Below are positions 1 to 11,459 of a DNA stretch of 46,606 bases, in pieces. A model generated the notes under the pieces. It was not told where the DNA came from. It made no database searches and was given only the letters and a program-made list of their open reading frames with translations. The translations under genes were made by a program, and so were the position numbers. Source of the DNA: Octopus bimaculoides (lineage: Eukaryota); the NCBI RefSeq assembly GCF_001194135.2, contig NC_068998.1:27333676-27380281 (forward strand). The letters run 5' to 3'. Numbering within the stretch: the first letter of the stretch is position 1; every line of letters starts with the position of its first letter.

Positions 1-365
1 TATATATATATATATATATATATACACATACACACACACACATATAGAGAGAGAGTGAGAGAGAGAGAGAGAGTGAGAGAGAGAGTGAGAGAGAGAGAGA
101 GAGTGAGAGAGAGAGAGAGTGAGTGAGAGAGAATGAAAGATACCTACATACGTATATGCATACATACAAACACACATGCGCATATATATATTATACACAC
201 ACATATATACAAAATTTTACAGATATACAGAGACAGACAGACAGACAGACAGATAGATAGATAGATGGATAGATGCATACATATACATATATATATATAC
301 ACACAAATAGATACACACACATACATTTATATGCATGTGTGTGTATGTATGTGCATATGTGGTGG
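1..365. repeat. Compound microsatellite (TA)n/(CA)n/(GA,GAGT)n/(GACA)n/(GATA)n
   Basis: Directly visible simple repeats. They explain the low-complexity ORFs 144..326 and 191..394. Confidence 0.95.
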
Positions 366-1004
366 GGTTGTATATTCTCTTTTGTAGATTTCACTTATTT
401 CTAAATGAAATAATAAATTTATAAAAAATTATAAAAACACACATAAAATAAAAACAAGCTATCATTATCCTTTCAAGAGTAAGTAGTTAAACTGATATAC
501 TTCAAGAAGCTAGTTGCTAAAACAGCTCTTTCCTTCAAGCAACCAGTTTCGTTAACCAGGTGTACTCAATGTCTTGATTTATATATTACAAGCTGTAGAA
601 ACACATAGCCTTAAATGAAATATTTTTGATTGATGAGATTCCTTGTTTCATAACATCTGTAGGAATATAAGCCTTCAAAACTTAACATAATAAGTTTCTC
701 TGAGTATGATATCCAAAGTGAATGAATACTTTCAACTGAATATTTGTTAGAACAACTGTCAGAACCAAATGTACTTTATCAGAAGCCTGAATAAGTCAGG
801 TTTCTTTTAAAGAGGCCTGCAAAACGTAAAATCACATGGAACCAAACCAAACTGCTTTACATAATAATATATCTAACTCCCACTAAAAATGTGCTGAGTG
901 CCTTTTTTTCATTTGTCCACTCACTCATATATATATATATATTTATACACACACACACACACACACATATGTGTATGTATGTGTGTACACATGTAGGTAT
1001 ATAC

Positions 1005-1234
1005 GGGGGCGAGCTGGCAGAAACGTTAGCACGCCGGGCGAAATGCTTAGCGGTATTTCGTCTGCCACTACGTTCTGAGTTCAAATTCCGCCGAGGTCGA
1101 CTTTGCCTTTCATCCTTTCGGGGTCGATTAAATAAGTACCAGTTACGCACTGGGGTCGATATAATCGACTTAATCAATTTGTCTGTCCTTGTTTTTCCCC
1201 TCTGTGTGTAGCCCCTTGTGGGTAGTAAAGAAAT
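1005..1234 (+). mobile_element. SINE family A (GGCGAGCTGGCAGAA...GAGTTCAAATTCC...AAATAAGTACCAG), little-decayed copy
   Basis: tRNA-like A-box and B-box (GAGTTCAAATTCC) motifs. Its CpGs are retained, unlike the more than 10 decayed copies elsewhere in the window. Confidence 0.85.
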
Positions 1235-1759
1235 AACACATGTAAGTATATGTGTATGTATGTATGTGTGTATGTATGTATGGAAAAATTCCCTATGTTA
1301 CAGGAGAAAGATATTGCAGAAGATTTCATTGTAAGTACAAAATTTTGTCATTGATTTTCATATTATAAAGTGAGAATGTATTCCAATAGATTTTTTTTTC
1401 TCCAAAAAACAACAGCAGCAAAAGCAAGCAACAGGATAACATTTATAAATGAAAATACAATTTCTTAACACAAATAGTATGATATTTATTCGTAAATACA
1501 TTTGAGTGGAAAACATTAGGGAATTAAAAAGAATGGGAATTTTGTGATAAGGTATGTTCTAAGCACAAAAGATGTTGACTTATGTGTGAGTGATGGGTCA
1601 TGGTGGGATGGGAGTTGCTGAGGGGATGAGGAACACTATCGCCTATCTCCTACTTTATGATCATCAACATCTATTTGACAGGCAAAAAACTTATCCAAAA
1701 TTATGTTGTGTCTGAGTAGAGTCATATTGTCTTAATGTCTTATTTATCTAACACACTCA

Positions 1760-2900
1760 CCAGTACAAGTCAACATCCATTAACAAGGCTGCAAACATAA
1801 TTTGCTTCACATAAAGAATCTTGCAAACCAGATACAAAAACGTATACAAAAAATATACTTCAGTTGTAATTCTTTTTATGTTACATTTATGATTAGAGCT
1901 GTTATAAACCGGCAGACCTCTCTCTATAAGTACAAGCTCTTTAGCAACAATGTTTGTTGTCAATTTAAGTGGAGTTGGTAAAACTTCTATATTCTCATCT
2001 GTAGCTTGCACTTGTTCTAACAATATCAGCTCCTTGTTAGATAAACTTTCTCAATGAGACACTAGAAACTTGATAACATTGTCCTCTATAACTTCTTCAA
2101 AGCCTACTTTATTTGCAAGAGTCACAATATCTTTCCAAATTGGATATTGTTCTTCTATTTGTAAAAAAACTTCTAAAGTCAGTGTTACAGTCTGGTCATG
2201 TATCTTTCTAAGCACCATTCACAGTCGAGGGTTTCACTTCACTCCATGTCTTAGCTATGTTATCCACAACATTCATTATGTTGAACTAGAATCTCTGTCA
2301 GTTTATTCTCCCAGTCAATTACTTTTGTAACTTGACAGAAAATTCTCAGATAATATGCCTTGAAGTTAGCTATCAAACCATGATCCATTGGTTGGAGCAA
2401 AGAAGTTGCATTCTTCAGGATATACTCTCACACTATCAGAAAGCTCATTCAAGTTCAGTGGGTAACTTGGTGCATTGTCTAAAAGAAGCAAAGCTTTGTT
2501 GGAAATATTACGTCTGGCATTCTACATTGTTGTAGCAGGAGAAAAAGTTGTTATTTGAATTGCAAATCACCTTTCTGGAGTGATCCACAAACATGGACTT
2601 TAATTTCATATCACCAGCAGAATTTCTTCCCAGAAGATTTTTGGAAGCTTTAAACACTGATGTTGATATTTCCTCGTGAGAAAGAAAAGTTCTAGCTGCC
2701 ATGTGCTCTGAAGAAAGTGCAGTTTCATCAACATTGTATAGCCTCTTTTAGTCATCATTTTTTCAGTCGCTCAGGATAATTAGTTGCAGTCTCTGTATTA
2801 GCACAAGCTGCTTGACCAGTAATTTTTATGTCATGCAAATTCAAGCAGTTCTTAAACTTTTCAAACCCATCTTTACTAGCCAGAGAAGGTTTTTCATGCA
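1760..2900 (-). mobile_element. Tigger/pogo DNA transposon remnant, DDE-domain region (pseudogenised)
   Basis: Minus-strand translation across frameshifts: ASKDGFEKFKNCLNLHDIKITGQAACANTE, NVDETA, MAARTFLSHEE..FKASK..GRNSAGDMKLK, NIMNVVDNIAKTWSEVKPSTVNGA. These are characteristic Tigger transposase motifs. Confidence 0.88.
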
Positions 2901-2904
2901 AACT

Positions 2905-2922
2905 TTTGGGTATATATATCTA

Positions 2923-2967
<45 letters not shown>
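2905..2967. repeat. (TATC)n microsatellite running into an N-gap
   Basis: Visible tetranucleotide repeat. Confidence 0.95.
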
Positions 2968-3196
2968 NNNNNNNNNNNNNNNNNNNNNNNNNNNNNNNNN
3001 NNNNNNNNNNNNNNNNNNNNNNNNNNNNNNNNNNNNNNNNNNNNNNNNNNNNNNNNNNNNNNNNNNNNNNNNNNNNNNNNNNNNNTATACAATATACAAT
3101 ATAAAATAAAATAAAATAAAAATGGATGGCACCATGAAAGAAAGTATTGAATGTAGATGAAATATTGAATGTTCAATATAAAGGATCAAATATATA

Positions 3197-3230
<34 letters not shown>

Positions 3231-3234
3231 TAAA

Positions 3235-3274
3235 GGCGACTCGAGTTTCAGGGCTATTTCCCTTCGTCATGGCC
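3235..3274 (-). ncRNA. Minimal type I hammerhead-ribozyme-like motif (degenerate) in a probable Penelope-like tail
   Basis: Minus strand GGC C(A)TGACGA AGGG-aaatag-CCCT GAAA C-tcga-G TC GCC. It has the core CUGANGA with one extra A, a perfect stem II, GAAA, a palindromic stem III, a GUC triplet and a 3-bp stem I. Confidence 0.6.
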
Positions 3275-3325
3275 AGTATGACAGACTTTAACAGACTGTC
3301 ATATATATATATATATATATATATA

Positions 3326-3447
3326 TATCATCATCATCATCATCATCATCGTTTAACGTCCGCTTTCCATGCTAGCATGGGTTGGACGATTTGACTGAGG
3401 ACTGGTGAAACCAGATGGCAACACCAGGCTCCAATCTAAATTTGGCA
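3326..3447 (-). mobile_element. RTE-type LINE/SINE 3' tail fragment ending in (GAT)n
   Basis: Reverse complement of ...GCATGGAAAGCGGACGTTAAACGATGATGAT. The copy at 26982-27068 is near-identical (2 mismatches in ~85 nt). Confidence 0.8.
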
Positions 3448-3615
3448 TATATAAGTTTATGTATATATTAATATTATCCCAGTTTAAAAAAACTTTGACA
3501 ATGTAACTATGTTAATAGTTACCATGGGTAGCAAAAATTACACAAAAACCAGGATATCACACCCGTTTATAGGTAGAGATACCAAGTTGAAGTGATGCAT
3601 TTTGAGTAGATATGA

Positions 3616-3639
<24 letters not shown>

Positions 3640-3646
<7 letters not shown>

Positions 3647-3900
3647 CCATCATGTTTATCTGTACATTATTTTGAAACTGATCTTTAAATCTATATACTC
3701 AAGAGCTGTTCCATTGCCGGGTATTTTTCTCCTGCATCAAGTCTTTTTAAAACATTGAGTTTAATATCCAGAGCAATCATTTTACAGTTTCTTTTCCCAC
3801 TACTGTCATCAGTTCCATTGATGGCTTCTATCTAAACATCTTGAACTGTAGGTAAATTCAACAGTGGTACCAATCTGCAGTTGTCGACAAAAATATGTTG
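3640..3900 (-). mobile_element. Tigger/pogo transposase N-terminal HTH remnant
   Basis: Minus strand KRNCKMIALDIKLNVLKRLDAGEK, then MEQLLSI*I (CENP-B-type HTH motifs). Same orientation as the 1760-2900 piece. Confidence 0.75.
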
Positions 3901-4329
3901 TAAAAAATAGCACAAGAGCAAACAATTGTCTTATTCTAATGAATGTAAGAATGGAAATGAGAAGATGAAAGGAAGGAGGAAGGACTGCACAGTTAGTTGA
4001 AGGGTCACTAGGTCCATGGGCAGTTCATGACTTGCACCTCTGACTTGAGCCAAGAAAGCTCTACTCTATTCTCTCTCCCACTCTCTCTTCCCCACCCACC
4101 CCCATATAACAAAATTTATTTAACACTTTAATATTAACTTCACACCTCTTTTAGTCTGTATTTGCTTGTACTTTGTATTGCAGTTGGTGCTTTCCTATAA
4201 ACTATTATTGTTGTTAGGGGTATAAATACATGCATGGAAGTGCAATTGAGGAAGCCCCCATATATATGCGCCCAAGCACAGGTTGATATAACGACTGTGT
4301 TAGGAATAATAATATAATAATATATATTA

Positions 4330-6212
4330 AGTATGATTGAGCAAACTGTAGTAGGAGCCTGCATCTGCAATGATAATTTTCAGGACATTTATAAAGAGAA
4401 GGTTAATCTTACGGCTGTTTCTGGGACATTAGGGATATGCAGAGGAAGTAGCGATGTGGAGATGGTGGTACAAGGAATGAGACTAAGGTTGCATGCGATC
4501 GTGTTCAACCGCATATTGGATGGAGTCGATATGGTGATGAGGATGGATGCCATTGTCCGTTTGGGAGGTGTTACGGTCAATGAAGCCAGTGTAATGTTCG
4601 GTGATGCAGGGGCGCTACGCGCCGTGAATCCGTGACAGGAGAGTGGTGAGAGCTGCGAAGAAAAATATGCTGCACACACCATTACAGACAAGGATTTTCG
4701 GGCTGTGTTCGATGGCCGGCAGTGGGCAGTGGAATTGTACTGGAAGGGAGATCCTCTGATGTTGAAAAATGCAGTAGGCTGCTATCAGCATATCCTGAAA
4801 GAGGATGCCAGAAGTGAGTTCAAGGGAGAGGTGGAATGGTGGATCAAGGAAGGCATTCTGATACCTTGGAAGGAGGAAGTGGAGAGTGGAGTGCTACCAC
4901 TGATGGCAGTGGTGCAGCCGACGAAGCATAAAGTCAGGCTAGTACTGGATTTTCGAGAGCTGAACAACCAAATATTGTACCATGCGGGCGGCAAAGCCTT
5001 GAGAGAGTGGAGGCAGATGACAGAGGCCTCCACAATTGGCGATTTGAAGTGGGCATGCCTGCAGCTGCATGTGGCAGAGAGACTTTGGAAATATTAGCTA
5101 GTAAGCTATAAGGATCAGATATACTGCCTGACCAGGTTGGGATTCAGGCTAAATTCAGCATCGAAGATTATGGCAACGATTCTCAAAACCATCCTGGGAA
5201 AAGTGGACAAAGTGAAAAGAGCCACCAATTCCTATATTGATGACATCCTAGTGGACGAGAACATAGTGTTGGCAAAGGAGGTCATAAACCACCTGAAGAG
5301 TTTGGGGCTAACTGCCAAACCGCCGTAGGCGATGGAAGGAGGAGCTACACTGGGACTCAAGCTATGGAGAGACAAGGCTAGCACATTGGTGTCTCAGAGA
5401 GGGAATGAGATCCCAGAACTGGGCTCCAAGACAAGTAGGTGAGACGTGTCTTCTGTGTGTGGAAAGCTGTTGCAACACTACCCGATTGTAGGATGGCTCT
5501 GGACAGCATGCAGCTTCATCAAGAGGTGAGCTGAAATAGTGAGGTGGAGTGACAATGTGGGCGAGAAGACAACTGCCATGATACGAGAAGTCTTGGGGTG
5601 ACGGTGGAGGACCCAGTAAGAGGAAACTGGTATGTGCCCAAATTGAAGAATGGGATCGTATGGTGTGATGCTAGCAGCATCCTGGGAGTTGTCTTGGAAA
5701 TTGGAGGTGTCGTGGTGGAGGGTGCGGCCTGAGTCAGGAAAAAAGACAACTGCAACCACATCAACGTGGTGGAGCTGGATGCCATGTTGAAGCGGCTGAG
5801 CCTGACCCTGAGGTGGGGGCTGTGTACCATCGAGATCCGGACTGATTCAGCCACTGTACTTAGATAGGTGGGATCAGTGGTCACCAGCGAGGGGAGGACG
5901 TGAACCAAAGGAGGTGCAGAGATGCTGATAAAATGCCATTTGGGAATTCAGGGTGAGCTAGCTGCCAAGTTTGACCTGAGGCTGAGTGTGGTTTTTGTAC
6001 CCTCTGAGAGAAATAGAGTGGATGTCCTGACCAGAGTAAAGAAAGCCTGGTTGCAGGTGCCAGAGGATCTGGAGCAAGGAGTGGCTGCAGTGTATCGACT
6101 GAGTGACTCGGAGCTGAGGAGATTGCATACCATGCTTCACATGGGGGTGGACAGGACCCTGTTCCTAGCCAGGAAAGTTGACTCTGACATGACCAAGCAG
6201 AGTGTGCTGAGA
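4330..6212 (+). mobile_element. Ty3/Gypsy-like LTR retrotransposon pol remnant 1 (protease-like, RT, RNase H, start of integrase zinc-binding region)
   Basis: ORF pieces PLMAVVQPTKHKVRLVLDFRELN, ATNSYIDDILV (YxDD), IVWCDASSILGVVLEIGG..NHINVVELDA..IRTDSATV (RNase H) and LRRLHTMLHMGVDRT. It has many stops and frameshifts, and is GC-richer than its flanks. Confidence 0.88.
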
Positions 6213-7413
6213 GTAATAAATCGCCTGAGGAATTGAAGAGAAAATTGAAAAAGATGTTTCCTCAAGTACTATCGGAAGACTTTGGTCTATGTAAAAAGTT
6301 TGAAGCCTGCTTTCAAGTAAGTGAAAACACTGTGCTTGTATTTAAATCTAACAGAAAAGTACCATTCACAGCAATTGCAATCGTAAATGAAGAGTTGAAC
6401 AGACAGGAAAAGCGTGGAATCATCAAAAAGGTGGAATATTCTATGTGGGCGACGCCCATGGTATGCATTAAAAAGAAAACTAATAAGATTAGCCTGTGTG
6501 TTGATTTCTCTACAGGATTTGAACACCATCCACTCCCAACTCCAGAGGATATTTTCACAAAATTAAATGGGGGAAAAATTTTCACCAAATTGGGTCTATC
6601 TGACGCTTATTCAAAGATTAAAGTAAATGACAAATGCTCAAAGTATCTGACAATAAATACACATAGAGGATTGTACAGATATACTCAGTTACCTTTTGGA
6701 TTAAAGGTTGCACCGGTAATATTTCAGCAAATCATGGACACTATGTTATCTGATTGTGAATTTACAATTTCTTATTTGGACGATATATTGATTAAGAGTA
6801 ATTCGTGCGAACAGTATGTGGAGCATATAAAGCAGCTGTGTTCAAGAAAATTAAAGCCCCGCTGGTAAAATATCAATCGTGGCCGGAGACTGAGAACCGA
6901 TGGTCGAGGTTACATATCGACTATGTTGAACTGGCGAACGATACTTACTATCTAATCGTGGTAGATAGCTGTACAAAGTGGCCAGAGGTATGCAGGTGCA
7001 ATAAACCAACCGCTAAGACAACTATAAAGTTCCTATATGAATTGTTTGCGCGATACGGTGTTCCAGACATATTAGTTTCTGATATAGGAACGCAATACTT
7101 GGGATATGATTTCAAGAACTGTAAAATGCATGCGATGAAGCATATTTTCACTGGGAACATAGGAGACACATAAATCAGCTAAAGAAGAGACATACTGAAG
7201 AACGGAGAGAAATTTTAATGGAAGTATTTTTTTTTTTTATGTATTCGATGTTCCAGCACCAAAAGTAATGGAGTCCCGTAGAACCAGCATGAAAAAAATA
7301 GAAACAGACTGAACACCTTGAAATAAGGCCCAAGCGAAAAAGATACTAAAAAATAATAATAAATAAATAAAATTTCTTTATTCCTTCGGAACTCGAAATC
7401 TCAAAAGGGGAGA
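6213..7413 (+). mobile_element. Ty3/Gypsy (Mag / K02A2.6-like) pol remnant 2: RT joined directly to integrase core, ending in a polypurine tract
   Basis: ORF 6233..6868 WATPMVCIKKK..VDFSTG..LPFGLKVAPVIFQQIMD..YLDDILI. ORF 6805..7173 WSRLHIDY..LIVVDSCTKWPEV..LFARYGVPDILVSDIGTQ. PPT AAAAGGGGAGA at 7403-7413. Confidence 0.9.
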
Positions 7414-7589
7414 TGTTGTGGTGAGAGTACAACACCCTCTGACAAGAACAGATGGAACCACTACATATAAATAGTAGTGGTCTGACATAGTCGGCAGTTA
7501 GTAGTTTGGTCTTCGAAGTCCAGGTACAGTTTATTCTTTATCTATCATCGACAATATCAACCATACAATGATATTGGAGGTGTAAGCAT

Positions 7590-7593
<4 letters not shown>
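7414..7593 (+). mobile_element. Probable 3' LTR of Gypsy remnant 2
   Basis: Starts TGTTGTG immediately after the PPT and contains TATAAA. It probably ends ...CATATCA where it merges with a (CAT)n tract, so the right boundary is uncertain. Confidence 0.6.
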
Positions 7594-7623
<30 letters not shown>

Positions 7624-7808
7624 ACAACAACATCATCATCGTTTAACGCCCAGTTTCCATGCTGGCATGAGTTGAATGGTTTGTCTGAGGTTTGCAGAGC
7701 CAGCGGCTGCACCAGGCTCCAATGTGATTTGGCAAGTTTCTACAGCTGGATACCCTTCCTTATGCCAACTACTCCGAGATTGTAGTGGGTGATTTTTACA
7801 TGCCACCG
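7591..7808 (-). mobile_element. RTE-type 3' tail fragment with long (GAT)n tract
   Basis: Plus strand (CAT)n then CGTTTAACGCCCAGTTTCCATGCTGGCATG...CAGCTGGATACCCTTCC, the same family as 3326-3447. Confidence 0.8.
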
Positions 7809-7874
7809 GTGGTGGTGGTGGTGGTGCTGCTGCTGCTATGCTGGTGTTGGTGGTGATAAGAAGAAGAAGAAGGA

Positions 7875-9230
7875 GAGAACGCAAACCTCCACCAAGGCAA
7901 CTCAACTCTGCCCTCTTGGAGCTTTCTGTCTAGGCAAAAACGTAGTCTATAAGTGTTAAGTAATAACACCAAGCTCCCATTGAGCAAGGGTCTCTATTGG
8001 TGGTACAGTTGATTTCAAACACTGTTACCAAGCACACGTGAGTTCTTTCTCCAATCCAAATTCTGAATTATCTACCTCCTTAGCAACTTATATACACAAC
8101 TTCAAATCCCAACATGTTCTCTATATCCTATCCTGGTCTACCATAAATGAGACTCCCATACAACACTAACCTTGGCATTTGTAAATTGTGTTTAAGGGAA
8201 TCACTAACCATCCTTTGCAACCACAACCCCTTGTTACTTAATAGATTTTCAGATGTAATACTCTCTTGTAAACACACATTCTATTCATCATTTCCCCATT
8301 TTATTAAATCTATATAATCCCCAAACTATGATTATCCTTAATTACAATCAACCTTGGGGTACAATTAGGTTGACCTAGCAACTTATCCCACCACCACTAA
8401 TACCACCCTTTCTACTAAATTATTCCTTCTCATGATTACCTTTGTGCATTCCTCTTACCCACAACACACCACCTCCCCTACAGCTTCCCCATCTTCACAA
8501 GTTGTATTCTTTCTCCATTTTCTCATATTTCCTTTAACTAAAAGTACTCACAACTACCCAACTCTCTTAGCTATTAACTTAGCAACCCTTTTCTCCCTCT
8601 CTATCTACATCCCTCTATTCAATTTCATACACCTCTACATACCTCAGTACTTCCCTTCCACTGCCAATCTACCTTCATTATAGTACTAACTACTACTACT
8701 TTGACCACTGACTCACCCCAACTCTGTCCATATCCTTCTATCTTCTCTCATACCTTTCTACATAGCTTAGTAATCTCCCTCTGCCATCAACTTGACTTCT
8801 CTCTTCAAATTACCCCTTAGACACCCAATAACAATCTATTCAGAGACTCTTTCTTTCTCTCAAGTAAATGCCATCCCTTTTCTCATTATCTCAATTTCCC
8901 ATAGTTCTATAGCTATTATCTCTAGATTTTAACACTTATTCACAAACCCAACAACAACTGACCACCCTTTGATTACTACCTTTCCCACCCCTCCCACTCA
9001 TCTCCCAACTTTCCACCTCTGCTACCACCTCCTAAATACCCTCATTGTTAACTCTCTCTTCCTGAACTCTCATCTCTCACCCTCTCCTGCCTCAACAACC
9101 CCATAACCCCACGGACCTTCCTACTTCTTCCCCTTGATACTGCTCGCTCTCTATGCATCATAATCTAAAATGTAAGATCTTTTCTACCCTGATGATGGAG
9201 GCTCAATGTATCCAATGTTGATTGCTTCCA
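7875..9230 (+). mobile_element. Penelope-like element remnant: GIY-YIG endonuclease (~7875-8330) plus CT-rich 3' region
   Basis: Translation across stops: CPLGAFCLGKNVVYKC..SIGGTVDFKHCYQAHVSSF..ELSTSLATYIHNFK..LSWS..GICKLCLRESLTIL..LLNRFSDVILSCKH, matching the PLE GIY-YIG pattern CPL..C....VVY..YIG....FK.R...H..SF...C.LC..E....LLN.......C.H. Confidence 0.75.
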
Positions 9231-9654
9231 TTTCAGCCTGCATATTGTGATGAACTACATCTACTAACATTATGATGGATTTTTGAGCTGTTTGACTTAT
9301 AACACCTTACTTCCTCCTTTTAGTTGTCTCTGTCATTTGTATTCTGTGTAAGTTTCATCTATTAATATAAATACTTATATATTTATACTTAAATATTCAT
9401 CATCTGAAAGTCTTTAGTCTTTGCTTTCTCTTGTTTTGCATAAATACATATATACATTTTTTTCTATGTCAAACCCAAGCTGTTATATTTAATTTCTTTA
9501 TCCACATAATTGCCTCAACTGATTCTTATTATAGCTGTTCTTTATCCAAATGCAATTGGTCCCTTGTAAAGACATTGGAGTCTAAGTTTGAATCATTTGA
9601 GTGCTACTAAGTGTTTTCTGTACTGAGAATCTCTGGATCTCATTTGGTGACTAT

Positions 9655-10210
9655 CATGATCATCATCATTATCATCATTTAACATCCATCTTCCATGCAT
9701 GCATGAGTAGGATGGTTGACAGAAGCCAGCCAAGTAGAAGACTACCCCAGGCTACTGTGTCTGTTTTGGCAGGGTTTTATGGCTGGGTGCCCTTCCAAAC
9801 ACCAACTACGCTACAGAGTGAACTCAGTGCTTTTTACATGGCACTAGCACCAGTGAGGTTAGTTTTGCCATGATTTTTACAGCTGGATATCCTTTCAAAT
9901 GCCAACCATGTTACAGTATGGACTGGATGCCTTTTACATGGCACCAGTGCTGGCAGGGTCACCAAGTAACTTGCAAAACAAGGAATTATGAGAGGGGCAG
10001 GGGCACTTGAGGAGGGGAACTTGTGTCAGAGGATGAAAGGTTAGGGTGTGACAGAGAGACAGAGCGGCAGAAACAGTTATCTTGCTATAATAGAGGGGAA
10101 ATTGGAGGAGGTGATCTGGTATCAGATGATAAATAGTTAGAGTGTAACACGGAAATAGAGAGGCAGAAATAGATGTCTTGCTATCAAAGAGGTACATGGT
10201 TACCCAGTGA
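9655..10210 (-). mobile_element. RTE-tail-bearing non-autonomous repeat (degenerate)
   Basis: (CAT)n TTAACATCCATCTTCCATGCATGCATG..., with two internal CAGCTGGAT..CCTT..AAATGCCAACC segments shared with other RTE-tail copies. Confidence 0.65.
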
Positions 10211-10211
10211 G

Positions 10212-10236
10212 AAAGAGAGAGAGAAAGGGAAAAGAA

Positions 10237-10276
<40 letters not shown>

Positions 10277-10330
10277 AAGAGAGAGGGAGAGAGTTAGTGA
10301 GAGGAAGAGAGAAGTACAAGAAAGAGGACA
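10212..10330. repeat. (GA)n-rich microsatellite
   Basis: Visible. Confidence 0.9.
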
Positions 10331-11459
10331 GAAACAGGTGTGCTGATGTAAAGGAAATATAAAGAAATGTATTCCCATGCAGGAAAGAATATAGGAGAGT
10401 TGGTTTTGGGGGTTGAAAATGCACCTGAGTCTCAAAGCATGTAGTCACTTTTAAATTTTGTGATAGATTTATTCAAATACCAAACTGGTTTTCACAAAGG
10501 GTTTCAGTGAGTTTAAAGTTACCAGGTAAAATTTGGAAAAACAAGTTTAAACGATCAAATGTTCAAATGTTCACAGAAATTTCAATGAGTTTCACAGGGA
10601 TAGACAGTAATATAAGTGTAATTGTTTGATGAAGATCATAACAAATATACATGATTGAAAGTTCAGTCATATTGAATTTTTATAAAAAGAAAAAGGAAAG
10701 AAAGAGAAAAAGATGGCAATAAAGAAAAAAGTTTTTTTTACAGTTTCTGTTGTGGTGCATGTAGGAGTTCTTTTCTCAATTTCAGTGTAAGTGCATGAGT
10801 CGCCTCACCTTGTTCGCTTGTTAGAGTTCAAAATGTTATAAATCCAAATCTATTAGTATGTATAGGTTTTTATAGTAAAGGATAAAGTTTTGATTGGTTG
10901 TAATTTTGATGATGTCATTTTTTTTTCTTGTGGTCAAAATATTTTGTTATGGCAAAGTCCAGCATTATCGTTAGTTGGCTTCCTGACGATCTGATTTGTT
11001 TGTCAAACGTTTTCATTATTTGTTGACCACAGTCAAGGACCAGTTCTGATTGGTTGTAAGTTTCATGACATCATTTGCTTTGATTAAAAATATCTTCTGT
11101 TTTGGCAAAGTTCAGCTTTCTGCTTGGTTGACTTCCTGGTGGAGACTTGGTAACCTGTTTTTGCTTGATGGTCATCTAGCATTCTAGTTGGTTGGTTCTC
11201 TTAAGAAGTCACTTGTTCAGTCGGCTCGATATTTACTTGTTTTTTTCCAGAAAGTTCAGTTTTGATCAAAGAAAACTTTTATTGGTTTAGTCTAAGGTGA
11301 TATCAGCAAATGATGTTTGAGAGGATGTATGGTGTTATTGTACAGCAGCTTGGATTTGGACTTTTTTCTTGTGCAGAATGTGACTAGCAGCCTTTAACTG
11401 CAATGTGACACATGGGCATTACAAAAGATGCTTTATGAATACATTTGAATAGCATACAG

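Noticed and set aside
400-826. Possible terminal exon of a minus-strand gene (ttttgcag|GCCTCTTTAAAAG..., near 826)
   Set aside because: All three frames stop within 13 codons, there is no clear poly(A) signal and no upstream exons were identified.
1304-1330. Possible 27-nt micro-exon ttacag|GAGAAAGATATTGCAGAAGATTTCATT|gtaagt (EKDIAEDFI)
   Set aside because: It has a good donor but a weak polypyrimidine tract, no partner exons were found, and the peptide is not recognisable. It would need RNA-seq to revive.
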